Shown piece by piece: positions 41,903 to 51,380 of a stretch of 64,000 nt of DNA. Source of the DNA: Candidatus Levybacteria bacterium RIFCSPHIGHO2_01_FULL_38_26 (GTDB lineage: Bacteria; Patescibacteriota; Microgenomatia; Levybacterales; UBA12049); assembly GCA_001782075.1 (NCBI GenBank), contig MFNO01000016.1, positions 5,600 to 69,599 of the forward strand, read 5' to 3'. The first letter of the stretch is position 1, and every line of letters starts with the position of its first letter. Below the pieces are notes generated by a model. It was not told the origin of the DNA. It searched no databases and saw nothing but the letters and a program-made list of their open reading frames with translations. A program made the translations under genes and the position numbers.

Positions 41903-42857
41903 TGTGGAAGGCTTCGTGCACCTCCCTTAGCTGTTTATTTGTGATGTGTGTATAAATCTGGGTGGTTGAGATATTTTTGTGGCCCAACATTTCCTGGACA
42001 CTCCTGAGGTCGGCGCCGTTTGAAAGCAAATCTGTTGCAAAACTATGCCTTAGTGTATGCACTGTAGCGTCCACGGGCAACCGAGCCAAGCGAACGTATT
42101 TTTTGACAATCCTTTCAACGCTTCTGGCTGTTAGCCTCATTTTTTCACCATTGTTGTCCTCAATAATTTTTCCCGAATAGCGGATAAATAGGGGAGAGAA
42201 GCGGTCTTTTCGCGCCTCTTGGTATCGCTTTATCCAATCAGAAGCTCTGTCTGAGATAAAAACCAAACGCGCACGCCCTCCTTTGCCAATAACTCCAAAT
42301 TCTTTTCTCTCCAAATTTACCTGACTGTGATTCAACCGCACCAGTTCTGAAACACGAAGTCCGGTTGAAAACAAAAGCTCTACGATAGTCCGATCCCGCA
42401 TCCCTTCTTCCTTTGAAGTATCAACCGACGTGACCAGACGATCCACCTGATCTCTATCCAAAAACTTCAAGCTTCTGCTTTCTGCTTTTGGCAAATCAAT
42501 CTTTGACGGTTCAAGCACTTTATGATCATTTTTTATCAAGAAACGCAAAAAAGACCGTAGAGCTATAACGTAATAATTCTGGGTAATTCGCTTCAGAGTC
42601 AAACCCTTTTCATCCGCCCTGTTTGCCAAAAAAACTCTGTATTTTCTAACTGTTGCAATATCTAGACTCTCGATAGATTTATTAGGCAGGGTGGAGGAAA
42701 GCCAATTGGAAAAAACCTCAAGATAATGCCTATAGTCCCGAATAGTGAGCTTGGAGCAATTCTTCTCAATTTCCAAGTATTCAAGGAACTGATCAATTAG
42801 CTCGTTTAAGTTAGAGGAGATCATTATTTTCAGTATACCAAAATCATTTTGCGACAT
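41889..42857 (-). CDS. tyrosine site-specific recombinase, XerC/XerD family
   Basis: N-terminal SAM-like core-binding domain; catalytic R..., HTLRHSFATDLLSNGADLRSVQEMLGHKNISTTQIYTH (RHRH+Y signature). Confidence 0.85.
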   Translation of the reverse strand: MSQNDFGILKIMISSNLNELIDQFLEYLEIEKNCSKLTIRDYRHYLEVFSNWLSSTLPNKSIESLDIATVRKYRVFLANRADEKGLTLKRITQNYYVIALRSFLRFLIKNDHKVLEPSKIDLPKAESRSLKFLDRDQVDRLVTSVDTSKEEGMRDRTIVELLFSTGLRVSELVRLNHSQVNLERKEFGVIGKGGRARLVFISDRASDWIKRYQEARKDRFSPLFIRYSGKIIEDNNGEKMRLTARSVERIVKKYVRLARLPVDATVHTLRHSFATDLLSNGADLRSVQEMLGHKNISTTQIYTHITNKQLREVHEAFHSGNK

Positions 42858-42934
42858 GCAAATGTCGTAAAATATGCTTGTGCGACGCGATTGCGCCTTG
42901 ACAATACCACATTAAAAACCATACTATAATACTT

Positions 42935-44383
42935 ATGCGGGGACCTTACGTAAGATTCATTAAAAAATATATTGAGCTAAACCGCAAAGATCACAGCGTA
43001 CACGAAATAAGAATAAATCTTTTAAAATTTGGGGCCACTCCTGAAGAATTTGATGAGGCCATGAAACAATCCAACGAAACTCCACCGGTCTCAAAAATCC
43101 CAAGACCATCTCCAAGTCTTATTAAAAAAACCGCAATCGCAGGTGTAACTTTTGTAGCTTTGATTTTATTCATCTATACAACCTTCATCTACCAAAAATC
43201 CTCAACCGGACAGAATGTTGTAAGCCCGGCGTCTGACAAAACCCTAAATGACATAGCAAAAAATAGTCAAAATGCCTCAGGCGTGCCCATATCTCAGGTC
43301 TACGCAAATGTGCACCAGATTGATGCCTCCAAAATATTCTCGATACCGCCGTCCAATACGCCACTCGCTGTTACCGGGAAGCCCAAAAAAGAAGTCTTGG
43401 GATTTTTACCTTATTGGATGCTTGATGCAACCGATGAAATTCAAATAAGCCATCTTACATCTGTCAGTCTTTTTGGCTTGGAAGTAAATGGAAAAGGAGA
43501 AATAATCACGGCAGGCAGCGACAAAGCCGACGGAGGTTGGGACATGTGGAAAGACCCAAAGCTTGATAGTTTTATAAAAAAAGCAAAAAACGAAGATGTA
43601 AAAGTCTTTGTCACATTCAAATCCTTCAAAAACGCCAATATCGAGAACCTAGTGGCTTCTGATGAGGCGCAAAAGACTTTTATTACAAATGCAATATACC
43701 TTGTAGACTCAAAAAATCTAGACGGAATCAATCTTGATTTTGAATATATTGGCAAGCCAACTGAAGAATCCAGAAATCACTTTACTCGCTTTGTAACCAA
43801 TCTTAATGTCGAACTCAAGCGTCAAATCCCCAACGCAATTCTTACTATCGATACATACATACTCTCAGGTTCCGTGCGTGATCTTTTTGATATAGCTCTT
43901 CTTTCAGAACACGTGGACGCATTTGTGATTATGGGATACGACATGCATTATGCCCTGGGAAATCCTGGACCTCTTTCTCCAATGGGAGGAGCTGTAAATA
44001 TAATCGGACTTGTACAGGGTTATCTTGAAAAAGTCGCTCCCGAAAAGCTGATTTTGGCAGTGCCGTATTATGGCTACGATTGGCCGCTAAATCAAGATTC
44101 ATCAGCTGCGTCCCCAAGCGCAACAATCCTATCCTATGCTGAGCTTGCGGTTTCATCTCGCAATCACAATATGATATGGGACGAGACATCCCAAACCCCG
44201 TCTTACAAGTATACGGAAAATGGTATAGATCGAGAAGTTCATTTTGAAAACGTCCGTTCTTTGGGGGTAAAATACGATTACGTGATCTCAAAGAATCTGC
44301 GAGGAATCGGTATTTGGGCTTTAGGCTATGACGGTCTAAATTCAGATCTCCAAAGGCTTATTGTAGATAAATTCGCCAACTGA
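42935..44383 (+). CDS. glycoside hydrolase family 18-like protein (membrane-anchored)
   Basis: N-terminal TM anchor; GH18 barrel with catalytic-motif variant DGINLDFEY (DxxDxDxE with the middle D replaced by N); YDxxxxG-like segments. Confidence 0.55.
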   Translation: MRGPYVRFIKKYIELNRKDHSVHEIRINLLKFGATPEEFDEAMKQSNETPPVSKIPRPSPSLIKKTAIAGVTFVALILFIYTTFIYQKSSTGQNVVSPASDKTLNDIAKNSQNASGVPISQVYANVHQIDASKIFSIPPSNTPLAVTGKPKKEVLGFLPYWMLDATDEIQISHLTSVSLFGLEVNGKGEIITAGSDKADGGWDMWKDPKLDSFIKKAKNEDVKVFVTFKSFKNANIENLVASDEAQKTFITNAIYLVDSKNLDGINLDFEYIGKPTEESRNHFTRFVTNLNVELKRQIPNAILTIDTYILSGSVRDLFDIALLSEHVDAFVIMGYDMHYALGNPGPLSPMGGAVNIIGLVQGYLEKVAPEKLILAVPYYGYDWPLNQDSSAASPSATILSYAELAVSSRNHNMIWDETSQTPSYKYTENGIDREVHFENVRSLGVKYDYVISKNLRGIGIWALGYDGLNSDLQRLIVDKFAN

Positions 44384-44390
44384 TAGCTCA

Positions 44391-44894
44391 TTAAGCGCTT
44401 GAATTGCCTTCAGTATCGATATCTTTTAAGATATATCCTTTATTAGATATATTAACTAGATATTTACACTCCTTGGCGCTTTTCCCTGGTTCCAAAACCA
44501 TCCTTATTTTAAATATAATGTTAGTCAATGCATTTCTAAAATCAATATCAATATTTGAGTTGTATAATAATTGATCAAACATGGGATATGTTACAGGAGC
44601 ACCCTTATTTACCAACAACAGCTCCAGACATTTGCTCTCTTTGGGATACAGTTTATTAGATATTCCATTTCTCACTACAACCCTTGTCCCGGAGTGAAAA
44701 TTAAGCTTCAATCCATGATGCTCATAAATACGCCCCTCATCAATTGCAAGCTCAAGGCTTTTATCATATACTGTAACACCTTCTAACACATCATAATCTT
44801 TAGCTTTCTGTCTCTTGGACATATCCCTAAATTCAAAAGCCAAATCCGGGTCGCCCCCCATTTCTGCTATTTCTGCAAGTCTTTCTAAAGCCAT
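44391..44894 (-). CDS. receiverless OmpR/PhoB-type winged-helix DNA-binding protein
   Basis: C-terminal KCLELLLVNKGAPVTYPMFDQLLY...IIFKIRMVLEP...GYIL matches trans_reg_C wHTH; no receiver domain. Confidence 0.45.
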   Translation of the reverse strand: MALERLAEIAEMGGDPDLAFEFRDMSKRQKAKDYDVLEGVTVYDKSLELAIDEGRIYEHHGLKLNFHSGTRVVVRNGISNKLYPKESKCLELLLVNKGAPVTYPMFDQLLYNSNIDIDFRNALTNIIFKIRMVLEPGKSAKECKYLVNISNKGYILKDIDTEGNSSA

Positions 44895-44900
44895 AAAATT

Positions 44901-45728
44901 TTAAACAGGTCTTTCGCTTTTGCCTGGATCATGAAGTCTATATCCGATACCATCAATATATTTTATATATATAAAGCCGTTTCCATTTTTATCTGGTTCT
45001 ACTTTTCGCCTGACTCTCATCATGGTATTCCTAACTACAGAAGATAAATTTTCACGGCTACCCACATAATCAGGCTCAAGCAATTCAAATGTAGCAATAT
45101 CATTCAAACACAAAGTATTTAAATACTTGCTTTGTTTAATTGGCAGCGCAATAAACTCTCCCTTATCATTTACTAACCAATTTCTATCAGGGTAAAAAGT
45201 AAATCCAGAATGTGCAAGAACTATTTCAGATGAACCATCTTTTCCCTTTACAAGTTTTATTTCTTTACCAAGGTCTTTCAATATATATCCATGTTCTTTT
45301 GAGAATAAAATCAGATCCGGCATTTTTGGATCCGATTCAATTTTCATTCTAGACCTATAAACTGTCTGCTTCAGACTATAGCTTGAAGATCCTTCTCCCT
45401 GGACTCTCTCCTGCAGTTCTCTTACAGATACAAACTTATTTTCATTGTCTTCTAGTTCGGTTAAAAATGAATTTTCAGTTGGCCCAATATGTATCTCCAC
45501 ACCTCTTACAAAAGCCACGCTTGCGCCACGATCATGAACAAATCCATTTGTATGAGCGTATATCATGTTTTCTCTTTCGCTCCTATCATAAATGACAACG
45601 TTCTTCAAAATCTCCGGTGTGTTGCCTTTGCTGCGAAGATCTTGAGCTAAATCTCTTAAGGACACCGCCTGATCGATCATGCCATGTCTCTCATATACAC
45701 CTACAATTGATTCTAAAAGCTGAACCAT
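44901..45728 (-). CDS. paralogous OmpR-type winged-helix protein (two wHTH-like segments)
   Basis: N-terminus similar to previous ORF (NVVIYDRS vs GVTVYDKS); wHTH-like RSRMKIESDPKMPDLILFSKEHGYIL and C-terminal ATFELLEP...MMRVRRKVEPDKNGNGFIYIKYIDGIGYRL. Confidence 0.45.
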   Translation of the reverse strand: MVQLLESIVGVYERHGMIDQAVSLRDLAQDLRSKGNTPEILKNVVIYDRSERENMIYAHTNGFVHDRGASVAFVRGVEIHIGPTENSFLTELEDNENKFVSVRELQERVQGEGSSSYSLKQTVYRSRMKIESDPKMPDLILFSKEHGYILKDLGKEIKLVKGKDGSSEIVLAHSGFTFYPDRNWLVNDKGEFIALPIKQSKYLNTLCLNDIATFELLEPDYVGSRENLSSVVRNTMMRVRRKVEPDKNGNGFIYIKYIDGIGYRLHDPGKSERPV

Positions 45729-46592
45729 ATTGTAAAAGATTATACCAGAATATATTTCAAATTAAAATAATTAACCTATAGTAGGGGATAGGAGAAAAAT
45801 TTTTTACCCCTAAAGAAATGGGAAATCAGAGGTATGCAAATATTTAGACAAACAAAAATCAAAATAAAAAACAACAAAAATCCGGCATTTGTAGACCACT
45901 TCTCCGGACACGAGAGCCTGAGACACGTCGTAAAAGTATTATTGTACGACATAATCACTTTCTGCTCTTCCTGACCTTATTACCTATTTTCTTACAGCTT
46001 TAAGAGGACTTGCTGGTTTACAGCAGCATATATATACCATAGAGAGTGTAGTAACCATAGCGTCTCTTCTATTAATATAGAGAAGACGAAAAACATGCAA
46101 TGAATTAACCATCTTTTTTATTTACACTTCGTTTCAATCGAGTAACGACTCCCTCCCGAAAGCTTGAGTTGATATGAATTTAGATTGATAAAGTAATCCA
46201 AACATCTAATTTTAGCCTCAGAAAATGTAAGAAAGGCATTGCCCCCGTGTCAAAACACGGCATTCGTATTTTTTTCTTTAGAATCCGTTTACGATTCCGC
46301 ATAAAGGCGGAGAACAATTACGGATTCTTAAGTCCGCCGATTATTCACGCTTTGAGCCGGATTCGAATAGAATTGCAAAGGCGAAAAACAAGAATAAGGC
46401 GGACAGTCTCCTATAGGTAAAAGAGGGCTATTGTGAATCTGTGAAAACTAACACAAAAATCTGTGAAAACTATAAGTTATCCACATTTTATATCCTATAA
46501 TAATTTTATCTAACTATATCAAACAGTATCACGGAGTGCTAAGCAAAAATGTGTCCTCCCCTGTCCCCTTTCATTACGCGTCTAAAATTTCC

Positions 46593-47408
46593 TCACCCCT
46601 TAATCGTGAATACAACAAAAATTAAAAATACAATTACTGCGACCCATACATATTCCCACATTATATTTTTAAAAAGTCTTCTCTCAAGCCAAATCTGTGA
46701 TATTCCAACTATAATATAAAAAAATCCAGTTAGAAAAAGCGCGATTATAGTCGGAGCAGTTGGGAAAAACCACAAAATCAGAGAAGCTTCAACCAGGGTA
46801 ACAGAAAGTATCGCTGACCAAGTAATGCTAATTAAAAAGTTTTTTTCCATTGCATACGTCCAGATGCACTGTAAAACCAACGGAAAGGAAAAAGCAAATA
46901 CAAAAAACAAAGTTACAAAAACGTTTGTATGCAAAGAGAAGGTAACGTTTGATAGAAAAAAATATGACACTAGTGCGGCTATAAAAGATACAGTCCTAGC
47001 CGATGATAATAGAGCGATCGTCCTAATTGTGGAAACTGCGAAAATATTCTGGCTGAGAAAAAGTGAGTACAGCCCGAACGCATACAACGTAGTCATAACA
47101 ATCCTTGTTAGAAAACGTGCGGGCACCAGAAAGTAGAATAATCCAAAAGCCAATGAATAAAAAAATGGCAGGATGAAAATCTGCAAAGAATGTTTTTCTT
47201 TTAGATCGCTCCTTATTGCCCAAAATAAAAACAAGTCTGTTAGAACCGCGACTGTAACTATAATGTATATTCCCCATCTCCCAAACAAATTCTCTGATAG
47301 AAATAATAAAAGAGACAGAATGACAATAGATGTTACAAATTTCTGCCTTTTGCTTATTTTAATAAGAGGAATTCTTTTTGTCCAAATTCGAGTAAACTTT
47401 TTGTACAT
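46593..47408 (-). CDS. polytopic membrane protein, unknown function
   Basis: 271 aa, about 8 hydrophobic helices. Confidence 0.4.
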   Translation of the reverse strand: MYKKFTRIWTKRIPLIKISKRQKFVTSIVILSLLLFLSENLFGRWGIYIIVTVAVLTDLFLFWAIRSDLKEKHSLQIFILPFFYSLAFGLFYFLVPARFLTRIVMTTLYAFGLYSLFLSQNIFAVSTIRTIALLSSARTVSFIAALVSYFFLSNVTFSLHTNVFVTLFFVFAFSFPLVLQCIWTYAMEKNFLISITWSAILSVTLVEASLILWFFPTAPTIIALFLTGFFYIIVGISQIWLERRLFKNIMWEYVWVAVIVFLIFVVFTIKG

Positions 47409-48099
47409 CGTCTAGTTCTTCCAGCTTGTTCAGGAAATCCTCAGTTTTCAATCTAACCTCTTCAGTTTGAACAGCAACTGTTGAGATAGGTTTTCTAATT
47501 ACCTCTGTAGCTGCGATTTCAAACCCCATTTCTTTAAGTCTATCTCTTGTTTTTGAAAGCTGGGATAGTTCTGAATATATAAAAACATTTTCACCTGCTT
47601 CCTCTATGTCCTCTGCCCCGCTTCCTGCTGCTATATTAAATATTTCATCATATTTTTTTCCATTTTTCATTATAACAATTACGCCTTTTGTGACAAACTG
47701 ATAAGCAACGGCTCCTGGTTGTCCGAAACTAGCACCAAAGGTTTTAAAAATATTCTTAACTTCGCTAGTTGTCCTTTGAGCATTGTCTGTTGCGGCCTCA
47801 ACAATTACGCTCACTCCTCCCTTGGCAAAACCTTCATAAACAACCTCCTGGAGTCCTTTTGCGTCTTCCCCTTTTGCTTTACTAATAGCCCTTTCTATGT
47901 TTTCTTTGGGCATATTTGCATCTCGTGCTTTTTCAATGGCAAGCCGCAGCTTGAAGTTACTCTCCGGCTCCGAGACGCCTCCCCCCTGCCTAACGGCAAT
48001 TATTATCGCGTTGGCAAGTTTGGTAAAAACCTGTCCTCTTTTGATGTCTGCGGCGCCTTTTTGTCTTTTGATCGTCGCCCACTTAGAATGACCGCTCAT
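47359..48099 (-). CDS. yebC: YebC/PmpR-family transcriptional regulator
   Basis: MSGHSKWATIKRQKGAADIKRGQVFTKL N-terminus is diagnostic. Confidence 0.9.
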   Translation of the reverse strand: MSGHSKWATIKRQKGAADIKRGQVFTKLANAIIIAVRQGGGVSEPESNFKLRLAIEKARDANMPKENIERAISKAKGEDAKGLQEVVYEGFAKGGVSVIVEAATDNAQRTTSEVKNIFKTFGASFGQPGAVAYQFVTKGVIVIMKNGKKYDEIFNIAAGSGAEDIEEAGENVFIYSELSQLSKTRDRLKEMGFEIAATEVIRKPISTVAVQTEEVRLKTEDFLNKLEELDDVQKVYSNLDKKNSSY

Positions 48100-48165
48100 A
48101 TGGTAGTATTATACCTATTCCCCATTGACTTTTGCAATCAACAATAGTACAATAATACGCTATAA

Positions 48166-48849
48166 ATGTCATCAAAGAATCTAGCCATCCAGACTGCGCT
48201 ATCAGGAGATTGGCAAAGCGCAACCTCCATAAATCAGAATCTTCTCACCCAAAATCCCAATGATACAGAAGCCCTAAACCGACTGGCGTTTGCTTTTACA
48301 ATCCTTGGCAAAATCAAAGAAGCAAAGGCTACTTATAAAAGAGTCTTGGATATCGACCCTCTCAATCCAATAGCAGCAAGAAACCTAAAGAAATTAGCCG
48401 AAAACAAAGACAATCTAAAAATAAATTCCCACAGCGGCTTTTCCATGCATGTTCATAACACATTTCTTGAAGAAACTGGTAAGACAAAAATTGTTGAACT
48501 GATCAATATAGCTCAGCCACGGATTATCTCAAATCTTCGAATTGGGCAGCCCTTGAATATCTATATAAAAAGACTTAAGATCTTCGTTGAAAATTTAGAA
48601 AAACAGTACATTGGAGTATTGCCAGATGACATTGGCAACAGGTTAATAAGTCTTATCAAAGGAGGCAATCAGTATGAGGCTCTTATCAGATCAGCTGATA
48701 ACCATCATGTTATTGTATTTTTAAAGGAGATAAAAAGAGCGACGCGTTTTAGTAATCAGCCTTCTTTTTTACAAAACAGTGAAAAACCAACGATTTTTTA
48801 TAAAAAAGGGACAAATACAAAAAACGGTCAGTCGTCAAAATCAGAATAA
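48166..48849 (+). CDS. TPR-repeat protein
   Basis: Two to three TPR-like helical pairs (…ALNRLAFAFTILGKIKEAKATYKRVLDIDPLNPIAARNL…). Confidence 0.55.
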   Translation: MSSKNLAIQTALSGDWQSATSINQNLLTQNPNDTEALNRLAFAFTILGKIKEAKATYKRVLDIDPLNPIAARNLKKLAENKDNLKINSHSGFSMHVHNTFLEETGKTKIVELINIAQPRIISNLRIGQPLNIYIKRLKIFVENLEKQYIGVLPDDIGNRLISLIKGGNQYEALIRSADNHHVIVFLKEIKRATRFSNQPSFLQNSEKPTIFYKKGTNTKNGQSSKSE

Positions 48850-49647
48850 ATTTGAACCCTCATTATCCTCTCCAATAATAATAGTAATATCGCCTACCAA
48901 CTCTCTATCAACTCGGGATAATTTAAAACCAAATATGCGATTGAGTCTTTCAACGGTGTATGTTTTCTCTCCATTGTATAAAATTTCAGACTTTTTGCGC
49001 GGAATATTCTCTGTTGAGATTTGAACAACTTTTCCCCCCATATTTTTAACAAATCTTCCAACTTGTAAGCCTAAACCACTCACAGAAGTTGTGTTAATAA
49101 TTACAACTGACTGATTTTCCTTTTCCAATCTCTGGTCAAAAAAAAGATTACCTAAAATTTTGTCTGCAGCATCGCGATCAAGCGCGGTTGATATTTCTCG
49201 AATTTCAACATTTTTTGAGGAAACTGTCTTTGAAGCCCAAAATAACCTTAGAGTATCTATAATGGTAAGATCAGTTTTTATATTTCCGAAATTTAAAAAA
49301 AATGTTGATGTTAAACCTGATACGTCATTGTTAAAATCTAAGAATTCTGCCTCTACAAATCCATCTATAGGCAAAGCCAAAAACACACTGGCGTTCAACT
49401 TTTTTATCTCCCCATTTAAATTCAAGACAGATATGGAGTCAGAGTTGGGAGAAAATGACACAACTTTGAGATTTTTGCTATTAGAAACGCTTATATTAAA
49501 GCGGTTGATTCCATCAAACCTGCTCTGCCCCATTATCTGAATCAACTTAAAAATAAAAGAAAATAAAACTATCAAGCAAACAAAAATCACAAATAAAACA
49601 GCAATTTTTGTGTTGTGTTTTTCTGCTTTTTGTTTTCTTGTCCTCAT
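48841..49647 (-). CDS. membrane-anchored protein with LytR_C-like C-terminal domain
   Basis: N-terminal TM; C-terminal VVIINTTSVSGLGLQVGRFVKNMGGKVV...EILY pattern resembles the LytR C-terminal domain. Confidence 0.35.
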   Translation of the reverse strand: MRTRKQKAEKHNTKIAVLFVIFVCLIVLFSFIFKLIQIMGQSRFDGINRFNISVSNSKNLKVVSFSPNSDSISVLNLNGEIKKLNASVFLALPIDGFVEAEFLDFNNDVSGLTSTFFLNFGNIKTDLTIIDTLRLFWASKTVSSKNVEIREISTALDRDAADKILGNLFFDQRLEKENQSVVIINTTSVSGLGLQVGRFVKNMGGKVVQISTENIPRKKSEILYNGEKTYTVERLNRIFGFKLSRVDRELVGDITIIIGEDNEGSNLF

Positions 49648-49692
49648 TATTTGTGGCTTGTCCGCCGATAATAGGTAAGGCGAATGCTGAAA

Positions 49693-49830
49693 TCAGGCGG
49701 GCTTTTTCTTTGTGATGATCTCAGGCATTGTTAAAACTGGAGCACCAAATCCCGAAGAAGATGCTTCTTTGGCTTCGCCTTTTTTCTTTTTTTTCTTCTC
49801 TCCCTTATAAAATCCACCGTAGCTTCCCAT
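49693..49830 (-). CDS. small lysine-rich ORF (45 aa) with strong Shine-Dalgarno sequence
   Basis: Manual translation MGSYGGFYKGEKKKKKKGEAKEASSSGFGAPVLTMPEIITKKKPA*; AAGGTGGTGA 6 nt upstream of ATG. Below the 60-aa cutoff of the ORF track. Confidence 0.3.
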   Translation of the reverse strand: MGSYGGFYKGEKKKKKKGEAKEASSSGFGAPVLTMPEIITKKKPA

Positions 49831-49883
49831 ATTCTCACCACCTTTTTTAGGATAAAAGTATTATATCTTATCTACTCCACAAA

Positions 49884-50633
49884 TCAAGAATTAAGTTTTT
49901 TTAAAAACTGATTAAGCTCTTCTGGCAAAGGAGATTCAAATAGCAACTCTTTCTTGGATGTTGGATGCGCAAAAACTATCATTGACGCATGAAGAAATAT
50001 TCTCCCGAGAATTTTTCTATCGTTTCTTGATGTTTTACGCCCCCCGTACAATGGATCCGAAAAAATTGGCCTATTTATATATTTCAAATGTACTCTGATC
50101 TGATGAGTTCTTCCTGTCTTAGGATACAACTCCAACAATGTCAGCGGCTCTTTCTTTCCATGAGATTCAAATTCCAATTCTTTCAAAAATTTAAGATTGG
50201 TTACGGACTCACGTCCTCCGGATAGAACTCCAAATCTTTTTCTATTCCAAGGAAGTCTTCCAACGGGTACATTTATTTCACCCTCTTCAGAATCAATCTT
50301 ACCGTGTACAAGCGCTGTGTATGTCTTTTTAACAACCCGCTCCCTAAACTGTCTTTGCAGATCTAAAAAGGAATCAGGATTTTTTGCGACCAAAAGAATT
50401 CCCGAAGTCTCCTTGTCAAGCCTATGCACTATCCCTGCTCTATTATAAAAATCCAATCCTCCGCCAACTCTGAATTCTGAATTCTGAATTCTGAATTTAT
50501 TTTCCACCCATTCCTGAACCGTCCTCTCCCCTCCTGTAGTATCTGATTTATTCACAATCATCCCCGAAGGCTTATCCAAAACCAAAATATCACTATCCTG
50601 AAAAATAACCCTTGGTTCCATCTGGCGTATCAT
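49884..50633 (-). CDS. RluA-family pseudouridine synthase
   Basis: Catalytic HRLDKETSGILLVAK motif; contains (CTGAATT)4 microsatellite at 50470-50497. Confidence 0.85.
   Translation of the reverse strand: MIRQMEPRVIFQDSDILVLDKPSGMIVNKSDTTGGERTVQEWVENKFRIQNSEFRVGGGLDFYNRAGIVHRLDKETSGILLVAKNPDSFLDLQRQFRERVVKKTYTALVHGKIDSEEGEINVPVGRLPWNRKRFGVLSGGRESVTNLKFLKELEFESHGKKEPLTLLELYPKTGRTHQIRVHLKYINRPIFSDPLYGGRKTSRNDRKILGRIFLHASMIVFAHPTSKKELLFESPLPEELNQFLKKLNS
50470..50497. repeat. heptanucleotide microsatellite (CTGAATT)x4 inside coding sequence
   Basis: Four perfect tandem 7-mers read directly; unit length not divisible by 3. Confidence 0.9.
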
Positions 50634-50653
50634 ACCACAACGATTTATAAAGG

Positions 50654-51373
50654 CTATCGCCTTAATTTATCTACCGCTCTCAAATTTTTTCTAACTTTTG
50701 CCAACAACTTCTCCTGTCTGAAAAGAAAAACTGCTGATGTATAAAGGATGAGGATTAAAACCAAGTCCTCAATTCCGAGTCTTAGCTTGTCCCCTTCTCT
50801 AACAAGGATATTATCCGCCAAAAAAGTGACAGAAAAAAAGATTAGAAATAAAAACCCAAGAGTTCCGTCTTTGAATCTTGCGCTTGTCATTTTTGGCAAG
50901 AGAAATTTAAGAAAAAAACCCAGTTCAATAACATGAATCATAAATAGAGCGACAGACCGCTGTGAAAAAACATCTCCCGAGAATCCAAAATAGCCCAAGA
51001 TTCCAAATGGCAGGCTGCACAAAGCAGATATAGAAAATATGTCAAAAAGCCGTCCGGTCGGAAGCTTCTTAAACCTTGATAGCATCAGCAAAAACAACGC
51101 TGCTCCTCCCACTCCACCCACAAGAGATAGCCCTGGAAAATATGGGAAAAGAAAAAATACAAATGGGTTCAGAAAACTAAAGCTGGGGTTAGATACCGCG
51201 TATAAAACCCTGGCGGCAAATAAAGACGCTGCAAGCAAAACAAAAGCGATATTAAAAACATTCTCTGTCGTCACGTCTTTTCGGATCAAAACGAAATCAT
51301 CACGAGAAAGAAGATATACAGGAAAAAGGAAGATAAAAAAACACGCAAAAACAACCAAAATAAAAAATTGCAT
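50654..51373 (-). CDS. membrane protein, unknown function
   Basis: 239 aa, about 7 TM segments. Confidence 0.4.
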   Translation of the reverse strand: MQFFILVVFACFFIFLFPVYLLSRDDFVLIRKDVTTENVFNIAFVLLAASLFAARVLYAVSNPSFSFLNPFVFFLFPYFPGLSLVGGVGGAALFLLMLSRFKKLPTGRLFDIFSISALCSLPFGILGYFGFSGDVFSQRSVALFMIHVIELGFFLKFLLPKMTSARFKDGTLGFLFLIFFSVTFLADNILVREGDKLRLGIEDLVLILILYTSAVFLFRQEKLLAKVRKNLRAVDKLRR

Positions 51374-51380
51374 ACGTTTT

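Noticed and set aside
45776-45958. 60-aa minus-strand ORF at the edge of the non-coding region
   Set aside because: No RBS, odd composition; more likely non-coding promoter/regulatory DNA for the upstream wHTH gene.
46360-46385. gccggATTCGAATagaat resembling a tRNA T-loop
   Set aside because: No flanking stems giving a cloverleaf and no acceptor pairing. The only tRNA I could fold is tRNA-Leu at 55801-55884.
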